This document shows, in pieces, positions 1 through 9,725 of a stretch of 64,000 nucleotides of DNA. Location of the stretch: IMG/VR virus record IMGVR_UViG_3300022660_000043; one strand, given 5' to 3'. How positions within the stretch are numbered: position 1 is the first letter of the stretch; the number at the start of each line of letters is the position of its first letter. The position numbers and the translations under genes are program-made. This DNA comes from a virus (taxonomy: Duplodnaviria > Caudoviricetes). A model generated the notes under the pieces. It was given only the letters and a program-made list of their open reading frames with translations, did no database searches and was not told the DNA's origin.

Positions 1-879
1 CCAATTCTTTGCCATACACTGAGCAAGGAAAGCATTAGCATCATTGATATCATCAAAATAACAAGTACAGTCAGCATAACCATGAGAACTGCTAATAAAT
101 ACCTTATTGATACCATTGCCGTTATCACCCTGCTTACTAAGAGGTTTAACTAACGCGTATGCAGGAGAAGCAGACTTAGCATTATCTGCTACAATACAAA
201 AGCTGATATTAGTATTTGCATATACCTTCTGTCCAGGCTGACCCTTAAGGGCTCTTGCATTACCAGACTGTGGGCCAGAACTTTTATAAGGATTAGCTGG
301 GCCCTGACCTGGAGCTTTTGGAGCGCTAGGAGTTCTAGGAGTTCTAGGAGCTCTTGTCGCAGTTGAGGCACCAGTTGTTGTAGCAGCAGAGGCGGAGGTT
401 GTACTACCTTTTGCAAGTTGCTGAGAAAGGAAGCATTCAAAATCCCAGAGTTTACCTCCAATAAGAGTCTGTCTATACTGATCCATTTCCTGAGTAGTTT
501 TATTTGTATTTACATCATCCCAGTAAATACAGTTTTCAGCACAGAAATCTGCAATATAGCCACTGAGAGTGTCAGGTGCACGTTTTACCATTCTTGAACC
601 TTTTACTCTGCCAAATGCTGTAGGATCTACAAAGAATTTGCATTCAGCTACTGAGGCGATTGCTTTATCTACATTAAAAAAATCAAAGCCTCTATGCACA
701 ATTTCATCGCATATAGTTTTAATATCTGCCTTTTTACTATAATTCGAAAGACCAGTCCATCTTCTGCCTAAGGAGCTACCAATTGAGGTGTCGCCAGGCT
801 GAATAATACCGCCTTGCCAAAATAAGTCGAGTAGAAAGCCTTTTGACTCTAACTTGTCTTTAGCCGAAAGTTTTGCCAT
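1..879 (-). CDS. Hypothetical protein, runs off the window edge; Ala/Thr/Pro-rich linker
   Basis: ATG at 879 with AAGGAG RBS and GCTAAATTA motif at 927-935; frame stays open to position 1 (MAKLSAKDKLESKG...). Not in the ORF track. Confidence 0.8.
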   Translation of the reverse strand, partial: MAKLSAKDKLESKGFLLDLFWQGGIIQPGDTSIGSSLGRRWTGLSNYSKKADIKTICDEIVHRGFDFFNVDKAIASVAECKFFVDPTAFGRVKGSRMVKRAPDTLSGYIADFCAENCIYWDDVNTNKTTQEMDQYRQTLIGGKLWDFECFLSQQLAKGSTTSASAATTTGASTATRAPRTPRTPSAPKAPGQGPANPYKSSGPQSGNARALKGQPGQKVYANTNISFCIVADNAKSASPAYALVKPLSKQGDNGNGINKVFISSSHGYADCTCYFDDINDANAFLAQCMAKNW

Positions 880-982
880 TATATATCTCCTTTTACCTAA
901 AATAAAGTTTTTGATTTCAAATCAATTAATTTAGCGCATATTATTTGTTAATCTTAGCTACTTTAGTCGATATAGACTATTT

Positions 983-2836
983 TTAATCAATTCCGATGAG
1001 CCCATGACACTGTGGGTATCTAGTGCAACCATAGAATAACTTACCAAAACGACTTCTTCTTACTACCATGAGAGACCCACACTGTGGACATTGCTTTTCT
1101 GCTACTTGTGTAGTTTCTCCAACCGTTTCCTTATTTGCCTTTAAAGCAGTTTCAAGATTTAAATAAAAAGTCTTTAAAAAGTCTAACTTAGTAAGCTTAC
1201 CATTTGCAATTTTATCAAGGGACTCTTCAAGCTGTTTTGTATAATCAAGGCTAATAATGTCGGAAAAAGACCTATCCAAGAAGCTAGCTAATTGAATTCC
1301 TTTTTCAGTTGGGATAATATATTTATCTTCAAGAGTGCAATAATTTCTAGTAGGGCTTAAAACAGTTTCTACAATAGTTACATAAGTTGACGGCCTGCCT
1401 ATCTCTCTTTTTTGCAGCTCTTTAATCAAAGTTGCCTCTTTATATCTAGAAGGCGGTTGGGTTTCCTTTAGTTGCTCTTGTAATGTAGTTTGCGTTAAAA
1501 CTTCATTTTGAACAAAAGTCTCTTTAACCAACTCTGATATATCCTCTGTAACCCCATAAAGACTACGATATCCAGGATTTAAAAGCTCTTTTGAAGTAAG
1601 TTTAAATAAATGGTTATTATTCTCAATTATATAAGTTGTCTCAGAAATAACTGCAGCTGGTAAAGCAGAGGCAATAGTTCTTTGCCAAATCAGTTTATAT
1701 ACCTTAACCAGTAAATCATTACTAAGATGTGTAGCTAAAATGTCTGGAGTCAGAGCTGGGTTAATTACTCTTAAAGCTTCGTGACCCTCCTGGGCGTTAT
1801 CTAACTTTTTACCAATTCTTGGTTTTGTGTAGGCACCTGATCCAAAAGTTGTCGTAATATAATTCTCGAGCTCCGGTAAAAATTCTGAAGAAAGGTCTGT
1901 AGCATCAGTTCTCATATAAGTAATTAAGCCTACATGTTCACCGTTTATAGAAATTCCCTCAAATAGTTTCTGTGCGCAAGACATTGCATCCTTAACCTTT
2001 AGCCCGATCTGATTAGCAGCATCTTGCTGGAAAGTTGCAGTACAATAAGGTGGTTTTGGATTTTCAAGTTTTTGTTTTGTGTTAATAGCTTTGATAATAT
2101 AATCTTTAGAGCAACCAAACTTGATTAATTTTAAAAGATCTGTTGATTTAATTCGATCTATAGGATTATCTTCTGTACCAATATATTTTGCTTTAAACTC
2201 AGTATTATTTTTTACAAACTGAAGCCAGAGATCATAATACTGCTCAGGCTTAAAATCTTGAATTTCTTTTTCACGATCTACAATAAGTTTAAGACCTGCA
2301 CTTTGACAGCGACCAACACTTTTTGCACCAACATAAGCCTTTGCCACAGGGCTTAGAGTGAAGCCAATCATCTTATCAATAGTAAGACGGGCCAATGCAG
2401 CATCTACTAATTCATTAGATAAAGTAGTAGGATTCTCTATAGCATTTACAACGGCCTTGGGGGTAATTTCATGTGTAATAGATCTACGAATCTTCTCTGC
2501 AGGAATATTAAGAAACTTAATTAAGCTCCAAGAAATTGCTTCTCCTTCACGGTCGCCATCAGACATTAGGTATACAACATCTGCTGCTTTTACTTGAAGC
2601 TTAAGTTTTTTTACAATATCTTGTTTGTCCGAGGAAATTTTAAGGCTTAATGCAAAATCTGCTAGCGGCTCAATACCTGAGTTATAATACGTACCACCAT
2701 TAGCAAGTTCCATAATATGTCCATAGCTAGCCACAACAGTTGCATTAGAGTAGCCAGCTTTTTTAAGAATATTAGCTATTGTTGAGCATTTGTTGGGAGA
2801 TTCTACAATGACTAATATTTTGTTGTCTTTAAGCAT
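983..2836 (-). CDS. topA: DNA topoisomerase IA
   Basis: TOPRIM VIVESPNK, DGDREGE, SVGRCQS, catalytic LITYMRTD, IGRPSTY, C-terminal Zn ribbon CPQC..C..YPQC; ATG 2836 overlaps the upstream stop (TAATG). Confidence 0.95.
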   Translation of the reverse strand: MLKDNKILVIVESPNKCSTIANILKKAGYSNATVVASYGHIMELANGGTYYNSGIEPLADFALSLKISSDKQDIVKKLKLQVKAADVVYLMSDGDREGEAISWSLIKFLNIPAEKIRRSITHEITPKAVVNAIENPTTLSNELVDAALARLTIDKMIGFTLSPVAKAYVGAKSVGRCQSAGLKLIVDREKEIQDFKPEQYYDLWLQFVKNNTEFKAKYIGTEDNPIDRIKSTDLLKLIKFGCSKDYIIKAINTKQKLENPKPPYCTATFQQDAANQIGLKVKDAMSCAQKLFEGISINGEHVGLITYMRTDATDLSSEFLPELENYITTTFGSGAYTKPRIGKKLDNAQEGHEALRVINPALTPDILATHLSNDLLVKVYKLIWQRTIASALPAAVISETTYIIENNNHLFKLTSKELLNPGYRSLYGVTEDISELVKETFVQNEVLTQTTLQEQLKETQPPSRYKEATLIKELQKREIGRPSTYVTIVETVLSPTRNYCTLEDKYIIPTEKGIQLASFLDRSFSDIISLDYTKQLEESLDKIANGKLTKLDFLKTFYLNLETALKANKETVGETTQVAEKQCPQCGSLMVVRRSRFGKLFYGCTRYPQCHGLIGID

Positions 2837-2988
2837 TATTCGTCCCTCCAAGCAGATTTATGCAAAACCTCCCGTTCAAGAAGCTGACGAACATAAGCAG
2901 AAACGGAAATACCTTCATGAAAAGCTGCTACCCTTAAAGCTTCCTTTATCTCAACAGGAACCTCAAAGCTGATAATTTTCTTTTCCAT
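2836..2988 (-). CDS. Small ribbon-helix-helix-like DNA-binding protein (50 aa)
   Basis: Hand-translated MEKKIISFEVPVEIKEALRVAAFHEGISVSAYVRQLLEREVLHKSAWRDE; GAGG RBS; strand-helix-G-x-S-x-S-helix pattern. Confidence 0.7.
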   Translation of the reverse strand: MEKKIISFEVPVEIKEALRVAAFHEGISVSAYVRQLLEREVLHKSAWRDE

Positions 2989-2990
2989 GA

Positions 2991-3236
2991 TTAACCTCTA
3001 TTTACTTTTTTATTATTAAAGTAGTCATAAATAAATCCAACTACACAATTTCCTTTGCCAACCATGTGGCCATAAAAATCAGTAGTAATATCTTTCTTTT
3101 TTCTATAGAACCCAAGAATACGTCTGCTGCTAAACTCTCGTGCTTCGACATCTCCATTTGCATAAGTACGAACAATACCAATAATCTTACGAGAGTTAAA
3201 CTCTCTAACATATTCCTGCTTTACCCAGCGTGCCAT
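2991..3236 (-). CDS. Hypothetical protein with short internal repeat (REFNSRKIIG/REFSSRRILG)
   Basis: ORF translationally coupled to both neighbours. Confidence 0.7.
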   Translation of the reverse strand: MARWVKQEYVREFNSRKIIGIVRTYANGDVEAREFSSRRILGFYRKKKDITTDFYGHMVGKGNCVVGFIYDYFNNKKVNRG

Positions 3237-4024
3237 TATCTCTTACCCTTTCTATTTAAAAATTGCTTAAGCTGATTTTTATTGTTAGTCCTCTCAATAT
3301 TGTCAATATGTTTGATTTTCAAAGCGGCCTTAGCTCTGGCTCTCTGTTTCATGTCTTTAATGTTTGAATCCTCTGCTACCAAAGCTGCCTGTCCATTTAC
3401 AACTTTTTCTGCAAAAGCCAACTTTTTATAGCTATCTTGCAGCTCAGTATCTTCTTTAAGCGCTTTCTGGGCAGCTTCAGTCTTTACTTTTACGTATTCT
3501 TTATAAAAATCAACCAGTTCATTGATTTCTTCCTCTGAAAGATCTGCTAAAGAACCATCCAGTTCTACATCAGAAACTAATCCTAGATCATCTGGAAGAA
3601 CACCATCAAGAAGCTGAACTTGCTGATCAAAAAGTCTAGCTGCTGCACCAAGCAGTTTATTTTCCTCATATTTAAATTCAGCAGTATGATAAACTACTGT
3701 TATATTTTCCGGACGGCTGATTAGAATCTCTTTGCCAGGCATAGAAACACAAGTTTCAGGTGCAATCTTATAATCTGCCTTCTTAGTAATAATAGGATCA
3801 ATAAATGTTTTAATGGTATTCTCAAAACGGATACAAAAAACACGCTTGTTAATACCAATCTGGGGTGCAGACAAAACAAGGATAGTTTTATCAGCTTCCA
3901 TTACTTCATGAAGCTGCTTAATAATATCTTCACCCTCAGTTTTATCAATACCTTCAGTAGAAAGAAACTTAAGAGGCTCAGAAGCCTGACGCAATAAATC
4001 AAGGTTTGTAATAATTTCAGTCAT
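3236..4024 (-). CDS. Peptide deformylase-like protein, metal motif degenerate
   Basis: LSAPQIG, ETCVSMPG and ARLFDQQVQLLDG align to PDF motifs GLAAPQIG, EGCLS and QHExDHLxG. Confidence 0.8.
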   Translation of the reverse strand: MTEIITNLDLLRQASEPLKFLSTEGIDKTEGEDIIKQLHEVMEADKTILVLSAPQIGINKRVFCIRFENTIKTFIDPIITKKADYKIAPETCVSMPGKEILISRPENITVVYHTAEFKYEENKLLGAAARLFDQQVQLLDGVLPDDLGLVSDVELDGSLADLSEEEINELVDFYKEYVKVKTEAAQKALKEDTELQDSYKKLAFAEKVVNGQAALVAEDSNIKDMKQRARAKAALKIKHIDNIERTNNKNQLKQFLNRKGKR

Positions 4025-4089
4025 ATAAACTCCTATTAATTTAATAGATTATTAATTTAATAATTTAATAGCTTAAAGTAAGCAGGCAA

Positions 4090-4455
4090 TTATTTGCCTG
4101 CATCCTTTAACTTGCTAAGTTCAATTCTTAAGTTGTCGAGAGCACTTTTGTTTTCAATACTTACGGATTCTTGTGTTGAACCGGACTCCGTAAAATATTG
4201 CTCGAGTGCTTTATTTGATTTCTTATATCTATCTTTTTTCTTTGAACGATTAGGCATTTCAAGAAGGTACATGATGTAAGAAATTCTGTCAAAATTAGTT
4301 TCAATAGTAAAAACTTCATTTTGCGCAGCAACCAGCTGATCCTCAGTAATATGCCCGTCAGCTAACGCTTGCTCAAAGTCTGTCAAGTCAGCTTTCATTT
4401 CAAGGTACTGATTTAACATTGTGTAATAATACTGTTTTACATCTTTAATTGCCAT
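4090..4455 (-). CDS. Hypothetical protein
   Basis: ORF with GAGG RBS, followed by hairpin 4082-4101. Confidence 0.7.
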   Translation of the reverse strand: MAIKDVKQYYYTMLNQYLEMKADLTDFEQALADGHITEDQLVAAQNEVFTIETNFDRISYIMYLLEMPNRSKKKDRYKKSNKALEQYFTESGSTQESVSIENKSALDNLRIELSKLKDAGK

Positions 4456-4462
4456 AATATCC

Positions 4463-4822
4463 TCACAAACTATTAATAAAACTTTCTGCCGTTGGCATCA
4501 TTGCGAGTGCCGCATACTCTGGGATAATTTCAACTTTACTTATTCCGTTTCTGCCATCATTTAAAAACTTATCCGTCTCTCGCTCTATGGTCATCTCTTT
4601 GAAATCAAATTTCTTAAAAGAAAGCTCCATATTTTCTAGTAAAGCTGTGATATCTGGATAAACCGGTCCAAACTTTAACATCGCAACTTTTCCAAGATAA
4701 GTTTTAACAATAATATACCACTCTTTTCCTTTGTCATTAGAACAACGTAATGCAAAGTTTCCAATATCATCTACTTGAATATTTTGCATGAAGACTGGCT
4801 GCTGGTCAAATTCAAAAATCAT
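4463..4822 (-). CDS. Hypothetical protein
   Basis: ORF in tightly packed operon. Confidence 0.7.
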   Translation of the reverse strand: MIFEFDQQPVFMQNIQVDDIGNFALRCSNDKGKEWYIIVKTYLGKVAMLKFGPVYPDITALLENMELSFKKFDFKEMTIERETDKFLNDGRNGISKVEIIPEYAALAMMPTAESFINSL

Positions 4823-5124
4823 ACCCCTAGCTTTTCTCCAATCTTTACGAAATACTTATCATTGTCGAAATCTGCAAAAAGAAAAATATTATAAGTAGTA
4901 TTATCTTCATCTAGCTCAAAGTAATTAATAATCTTAGTGGTATTATCACTAGAATTCTTTGTAAACTCTGGATACTCTGTATTAATCGCATTTTTATCCA
5001 GCTTAGTATACATTCTTGCATACTCATTACTATCCGCAAGAGGAATTACATAGAAATGATTATCATAAGCGCCAGTTTCCTCAATCTGTAGTCTATGTAA
5101 TACTGTTTTAATATCAGATATCAT
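4819..5124 (-). CDS. Hypothetical protein
   Basis: ORF with overlapping start/stop codons. Confidence 0.7.
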   Translation of the reverse strand: MISDIKTVLHRLQIEETGAYDNHFYVIPLADSNEYARMYTKLDKNAINTEYPEFTKNSSDNTTKIINYFELDEDNTTYNIFLFADFDNDKYFVKIGEKLGV

Positions 5125-5654
5125 TATGGTTTATCCTCCTCAGTTTTATCTTCAAAAGTAGCTTCTTGCACTTGAGGTTGCTGAATCTTTTGTAAAAGAC
5201 CTAATACTGCATTTTTAACTTTATCTCTAGACTCTCTAGGAAGCTCAGTAGCACCAACGTTAATAGAATTATCCTGTGAATTAATTTGAATAAAAGGCTG
5301 CTGTTCGTCAGCTCCACTTACTTGACGCTGACCTCTCTCAATAATATCTTGAACAATTTTAAGACCGTCCATAAGCTCTTTATTAGAAATCTCATCTGGG
5401 CGTTCCGCTATTCGCTTTACAAATTGATCAACTAAGTTATCTTGTAATCCGCTTAGCTTATCCATACGAACCATGGTCTTCTTATTTTGGTTTAGATTAA
5501 ATAAATAAGTAAGATCTCTGGTCTTGGCCTCATCAGATTCACTAATAATTTGACTTAAAAGTTTAAGAGATTCTTCATTGAGAGCAGAAGAGTCATAAGG
5601 AACTACTGCAGCTTGACTATCAGTCTCAAGTGGAGTAAGTTCATTATGATCCAT
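5124..5654 (-). CDS. Hypothetical helical protein (possibly terminase small subunit-like)
   Basis: Helical body followed by IQINSQDNSINVG tail; function is a guess. Confidence 0.4.
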   Translation of the reverse strand: MDHNELTPLETDSQAAVVPYDSSALNEESLKLLSQIISESDEAKTRDLTYLFNLNQNKKTMVRMDKLSGLQDNLVDQFVKRIAERPDEISNKELMDGLKIVQDIIERGQRQVSGADEQQPFIQINSQDNSINVGATELPRESRDKVKNAVLGLLQKIQQPQVQEATFEDKTEEDKP

Positions 5655-5983
5655 TACAGCACCTCGTTACAGAAGTTAACTAATTTCTCAGCAAGTATCT
5701 GTTCTAGAGTACACTCAAGTGGATCAATGCCAGAAGTAACTCCTTGCTTAATTGTGGCTTTTAAATCTTTACTTGGTACAAATTTACTCTGCATGTTAAT
5801 CAAATCAATACTGAGTGTACCAATACCAATATTAATAATGACTGCCTGTTCTCCATTATTTTTTGCATCTGCAATAATACTGCCGATACAAAGATTAATC
5901 TTATGCACTAACTCATTTAAAGTCTTATTAGGGATTTTCGTGAGAGTGCTAATATCATTTACAATATTCTGTTGTGTTGACAT
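5654..5983 (-). CDS. HU/IHF-like DNA-binding protein with shortened arm
   Basis: ISTLTKIPNKTLNELV...IGIGTLSI...KFVPSKDLKATI resembles HU pattern (GFGTF...FKPSKxLK). Confidence 0.55.
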   Translation of the reverse strand: MSTQQNIVNDISTLTKIPNKTLNELVHKINLCIGSIIADAKNNGEQAVIINIGIGTLSIDLINMQSKFVPSKDLKATIKQGVTSGIDPLECTLEQILAEKLVNFCNEVL

Positions 5984-5992
5984 ATTATCTCC

Positions 5993-6220
5993 TTATCCGT
6001 CAATTCGACGTAATATAGCCATAGGGTCTTTCCCTGACAGCTTCCATAAGCTTTTGTGAATATCTTTTATATAAGCCTCAAAAGATTTATTTAATTTATA
6101 CTGAATACAGCTTGCCATAATCTGATCACTAGAATAAGTATCAGAAAAAATTTCATTAATAAACTTTAGACGAGATTCAAATGTTCGTTCAGACTCAGGC
6201 GGACGTACCTTATTTTCCAA
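5993..6220 (-). CDS. Hypothetical protein
   Basis: ORF in operon. Confidence 0.6.
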   Translation of the reverse strand: MENKVRPPESERTFESRLKFINEIFSDTYSSDQIMASCIQYKLNKSFEAYIKDIHKSLWKLSGKDPMAILRRIDG

Positions 6221-6614
6221 TTTGAATCTGCCCCCTATCTATATTATACTGTTTCATAATAGGAATTATCTTCAGATAAAGCTCAGTAATTTTATCTTTT
6301 TGTTTAGGAGTTACCCCATCAAGCTTAGACTGTGCCTCAGATAGTGAGTTACCGTCTAAGTTAATATACTGATATAATAGTAAAGCTTTAGACATAGTTG
6401 CAAATTCCTCTGCTGTTGGGATCGTAATTGTCTTGCCTGCAAAATAAGTAAGCAGACGAGTCAAATTTGCGCCATCTAATAAATAACATAATTCAGACAG
6501 TACGGCACAGTCAGGAAGATCCTGAAGCTTATAAGTAATGAACAGCATCAGAGAATAAATATCTGATAGATGAAGGTTATTAAGATTTTGTTTAATACTG
6601 GTCCTCGTAGACAT
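6210..6614 (-). CDS. Mor-like transcription regulator (putative)
   Basis: LLTYFAGKTITIP resembles the Mor-family FGGxxxYIP motif. Confidence 0.45.
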   Translation of the reverse strand: MSTRTSIKQNLNNLHLSDIYSLMLFITYKLQDLPDCAVLSELCYLLDGANLTRLLTYFAGKTITIPTAEEFATMSKALLLYQYINLDGNSLSEAQSKLDGVTPKQKDKITELYLKIIPIMKQYNIDRGQIQIGK

Positions 6615-7416
6615 CTCTTTCCTCCATGGGTACCTGAAGAAGCTTATCTACTAGGTCATCATCCATAGAACTTAGACGATGGCACTCCATAATCTCCTTC
6701 TTAATTTCGGTATATAGCTCTTTAAGTAATATTCTAACGTAATTAGCCATTGATCTTGGCAACTTCCATAAGATAACTGTGGGCAATTCTGAATTAAGTT
6801 TATTTTTTACATTGATTGAATTTATAGTATTAAGAAGCAAGGAAATCTTTAGATTTTTATAATCTGCAGAGCTTGGAGCAAAAGGTGATTTTTGTACTAC
6901 TTTATCAACAAGAGCTCCAATACTTTGAAACGTATCTGTTACATAAGCTTTAAATTGCTCATTGCAACCTTGTCGGTCTCTGGCATCATCTCTCATTTTT
7001 TCTTGAAACGCCAGAGCATCAAATTTCTTCGATACAAATTCTTCTGAAATAACTTCCTTAAAAGTCTCGTTTTGATACTCAATCTTCATTGGGTATAAGA
7101 GAGCTTTTGTATAATTAAGACAAGATTTAATTGGTCTAATCTGCTTGCCTTTAATTGTTTTACCTTGATTCCAATAATTCTTACGTATCGCTAAGTATAA
7201 ACGATTTGCTGCGTAAAATGAAAATGGGTCGTAGTCTTGGAAGTTAGTAAACATACACTTCTTTATAGCAAGTGCCTTAACTAGTAGCCATAGATAGTTA
7301 TATAATTTATCTTCAATTTCTGGGTTTTCCCCAGGGTTTACAATATCTGTTATATGCGAGTCTATCCAGATGCACATATCAGTATATTTCATGTTTGGGT
7401 CTTTTTTCCATTGCAT
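6592..7416 (-). CDS. Putative phage sigma-factor-like protein
   Basis: Helical 274 aa next to gp46/gp47-like genes, as gp55 is in T4-like phages; weak region-2-like pattern. Confidence 0.35.
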   Translation of the reverse strand: MQWKKDPNMKYTDMCIWIDSHITDIVNPGENPEIEDKLYNYLWLLVKALAIKKCMFTNFQDYDPFSFYAANRLYLAIRKNYWNQGKTIKGKQIRPIKSCLNYTKALLYPMKIEYQNETFKEVISEEFVSKKFDALAFQEKMRDDARDRQGCNEQFKAYVTDTFQSIGALVDKVVQKSPFAPSSADYKNLKISLLLNTINSINVKNKLNSELPTVILWKLPRSMANYVRILLKELYTEIKKEIMECHRLSSMDDDLVDKLLQVPMEERDVYEDQY

Positions 7417-7422
7417 AATAAA

Positions 7423-9297
7423 TTAAGCTCCTACTAAAATTTCACTGATGCCGATTTCATTCTTTTGAATAACTAACTCAGAGTCAATCGGCAGCTCGAG
7501 CTCTGAAGCATGGTGAGATACAATGAATACTGATTCGATAGTGTTGAGTTCTTTTGTAATAAGTTCAAGAATTGCGGTGCAGCTCTTCTTGTCAAGAAAG
7601 TCTGTTATTTCATCAAGGACTAAAATGTTAGAATTAAAGTTTAGATACGCAGTAAGCATATTACGTATAGTAAACTGCAGAATCAAGTCAACTCTTTGCT
7701 TTTCTCCACCAGAAAGGTTATCAAACATTTTGCCGCAGTAAGAAATATTAAGGTCATTTCCGTCAAGAGCTACTTCAAGATCTCTTGTATTAAATACTAC
7801 CTCACAGTAATCTTTTGCCTTCTTATTAATATACGATATTATGTTAGAAAGTAGGAAACCTCTAAAATCACGTTTTGAAAGACCGTCCATCTTCTTAACT
7901 AATTTACAATGCTCCGATAATTCCTCTCTTGCAGCATCTGCTTCAGCTATTGTTGTAGTAGCTTTCTCAATAGCTGCTTTATTATCTAGAACAGCTCGAT
8001 AAAGTTGCTGATATCTTGCATCCCAAGTATCTCGTTCATAGACCAGCCTATTACAAGCCTCTTGTTCCTGTGTAATATGAGCCTCAAGATCTCTACGTTC
8101 TCTAGCAAAATCTGCAATTAAACTTTTAAGCTGTGAGTTTCGTGTATTAAGTGTCGTCAATAGCGCACTGTGCTCTGAATTAACTCGTTTCTGATCTTCT
8201 CTCTCAGCGTCCTGCAAATTATGTAAATCTGATTTTGCTTTAGCTAATTGGTCAGTCAAGGTTTGTAACTGTACTTCTTGCTCTAAGGTGTCAGGCTTTA
8301 CAGTACCAGGAATCTTTTGGCCACAAGTAGGACAAGTATCTTTAATAGCTTTTATTCTATTAATCTCACGTCTAAGGGAATCAGTTTCTGCTTGAAGCTG
8401 TGCCTGTCTTTGTACAAGATCATGGCTGGTTTGATCATATTTTGCATGTACCTCAGCCAAAGCTGCAGCTAAACTTTGATTGGCAGTTAGCAATGCGGTA
8501 TCAACTTCAGCCTGTTCTTTTTGAATACCAGCTAAAGTTTCTACTTGTGCATTAATAATCTGCTTAGTCTGCTCAATGGTATCAGTATGTGCTTTGATCT
8601 GTGCTTCAAAATCAGGCTTTTGCATTCCTGCAAGGTTTGCCTCATTTGTTCTCAGATTAGACTCAAAGACTGAAAGCTGAGATCTATTAATGAGCAACTG
8701 ATCCTCAATAGCCCTAATCTGCTGTGACAAAGTACCTTGTCTCTCAGATACGCGTCTTTTGATATCCTCAATCATAAAATCTGCCTTAGTAAGCTTTTCA
8801 AGTAGCTCTTTACGTCCGCTTGGGCTGAAAGAAGAAAACTTGTTAGGCATTCCTTGACCGATAATTATAGTAGAAGTAATAAGATTCTTGGTGAGTTCTG
8901 GAAGAAGCTCAGTAAGTTTCTTTTCAGACTCTCTAATACCCTTACCACTAAGATCTATACTATTTTTAATAATTTTCAAATCAGACTTGGGAGTAACATA
9001 TCTAGTTATTACATAATGATCTGCATCATTTTGAAAACTAAGCTCCACAAAACAGTCAGGATCATCTACAACATTAATATTTTTAAGGTTAGTGTGTAAA
9101 CCGTTAATTGTCTCACCCACAAGAGCAAAACAAATAGCATTCCATAAAAAGCTTTTTCCAGAGCCATTAGAAAGCGCATTATCCTTCTTAAAATGGTTCT
9201 GACCTGTTACTAAACAAAAACCTTTATTTTGTAGATTAATCTCTGTATGTTGATAGCTTCCAAAATTATGCAGGATTAGTTTTTCAAAATTAAGCAC
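7423..9297 (-). CDS. sbcC: SbcC/Rad50 (gp46-like) ATPase
   Basis: Walker A SNGSGKS, coiled coil with CPTC zinc hook, LSGGE signature, Walker B LVLDE, SH; GTG start at 9297 with GGAGG. Confidence 0.92.
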   Translation of the reverse strand: MLNFEKLILHNFGSYQHTEINLQNKGFCLVTGQNHFKKDNALSNGSGKSFLWNAICFALVGETINGLHTNLKNINVVDDPDCFVELSFQNDADHYVITRYVTPKSDLKIIKNSIDLSGKGIRESEKKLTELLPELTKNLITSTIIIGQGMPNKFSSFSPSGRKELLEKLTKADFMIEDIKRRVSERQGTLSQQIRAIEDQLLINRSQLSVFESNLRTNEANLAGMQKPDFEAQIKAHTDTIEQTKQIINAQVETLAGIQKEQAEVDTALLTANQSLAAALAEVHAKYDQTSHDLVQRQAQLQAETDSLRREINRIKAIKDTCPTCGQKIPGTVKPDTLEQEVQLQTLTDQLAKAKSDLHNLQDAEREDQKRVNSEHSALLTTLNTRNSQLKSLIADFARERRDLEAHITQEQEACNRLVYERDTWDARYQQLYRAVLDNKAAIEKATTTIAEADAAREELSEHCKLVKKMDGLSKRDFRGFLLSNIISYINKKAKDYCEVVFNTRDLEVALDGNDLNISYCGKMFDNLSGGEKQRVDLILQFTIRNMLTAYLNFNSNILVLDEITDFLDKKSCTAILELITKELNTIESVFIVSHHASELELPIDSELVIQKNEIGISEILVGA

Positions 9298-9694
9298 TTG
9301 GCGACCAATCCTCCACACACATTTTTACTAAATTCCAAAAAGCTTCCCAGTGATAAAGTTTTTCTTTTGTATACTTTTCCTGTACCTCCTGCTCAGTACC
9401 TTCAGCGATTCTTTTTACAACACCATTTTCAATAGCATAATAATCATAAATACAATTTTTGTATTTGTCATATTCCTTGAGAGCTGTAATAATTGAAGCA
9501 AGCTCGACGTTTTTCGAATCAAGCTCCTCATTAAAAGGCACATCAAGTAACTGCTTATCCCTAAGCATCATTAGGTAGGTTACAAAATACTCTACTGGGG
9601 CTGCTGTTCCTTGCAGAAGCTTTTCATGTAAATCAGTTAATCTTTTCTTATAGCTTTTATACAAAGCTTTCTGTTCTTTTCTAAATACTTTCAT
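9290..9694 (-). CDS. Hypothetical protein
   Basis: ORF directly downstream of a TATTGTATAAT motif. Confidence 0.7.
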   Translation of the reverse strand: MKVFRKEQKALYKSYKKRLTDLHEKLLQGTAAPVEYFVTYLMMLRDKQLLDVPFNEELDSKNVELASIITALKEYDKYKNCIYDYYAIENGVVKRIAEGTEQEVQEKYTKEKLYHWEAFWNLVKMCVEDWSPSA

Positions 9695-9725
9695 ATAATA
9701 TTATACAATATTTCCAAATCTATTG

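Noticed and set aside
326-351. 9-bp tandem repeat (ctaggagtt)
   Set aside because: Simply encodes a PRT-PRT linker inside the first ORF
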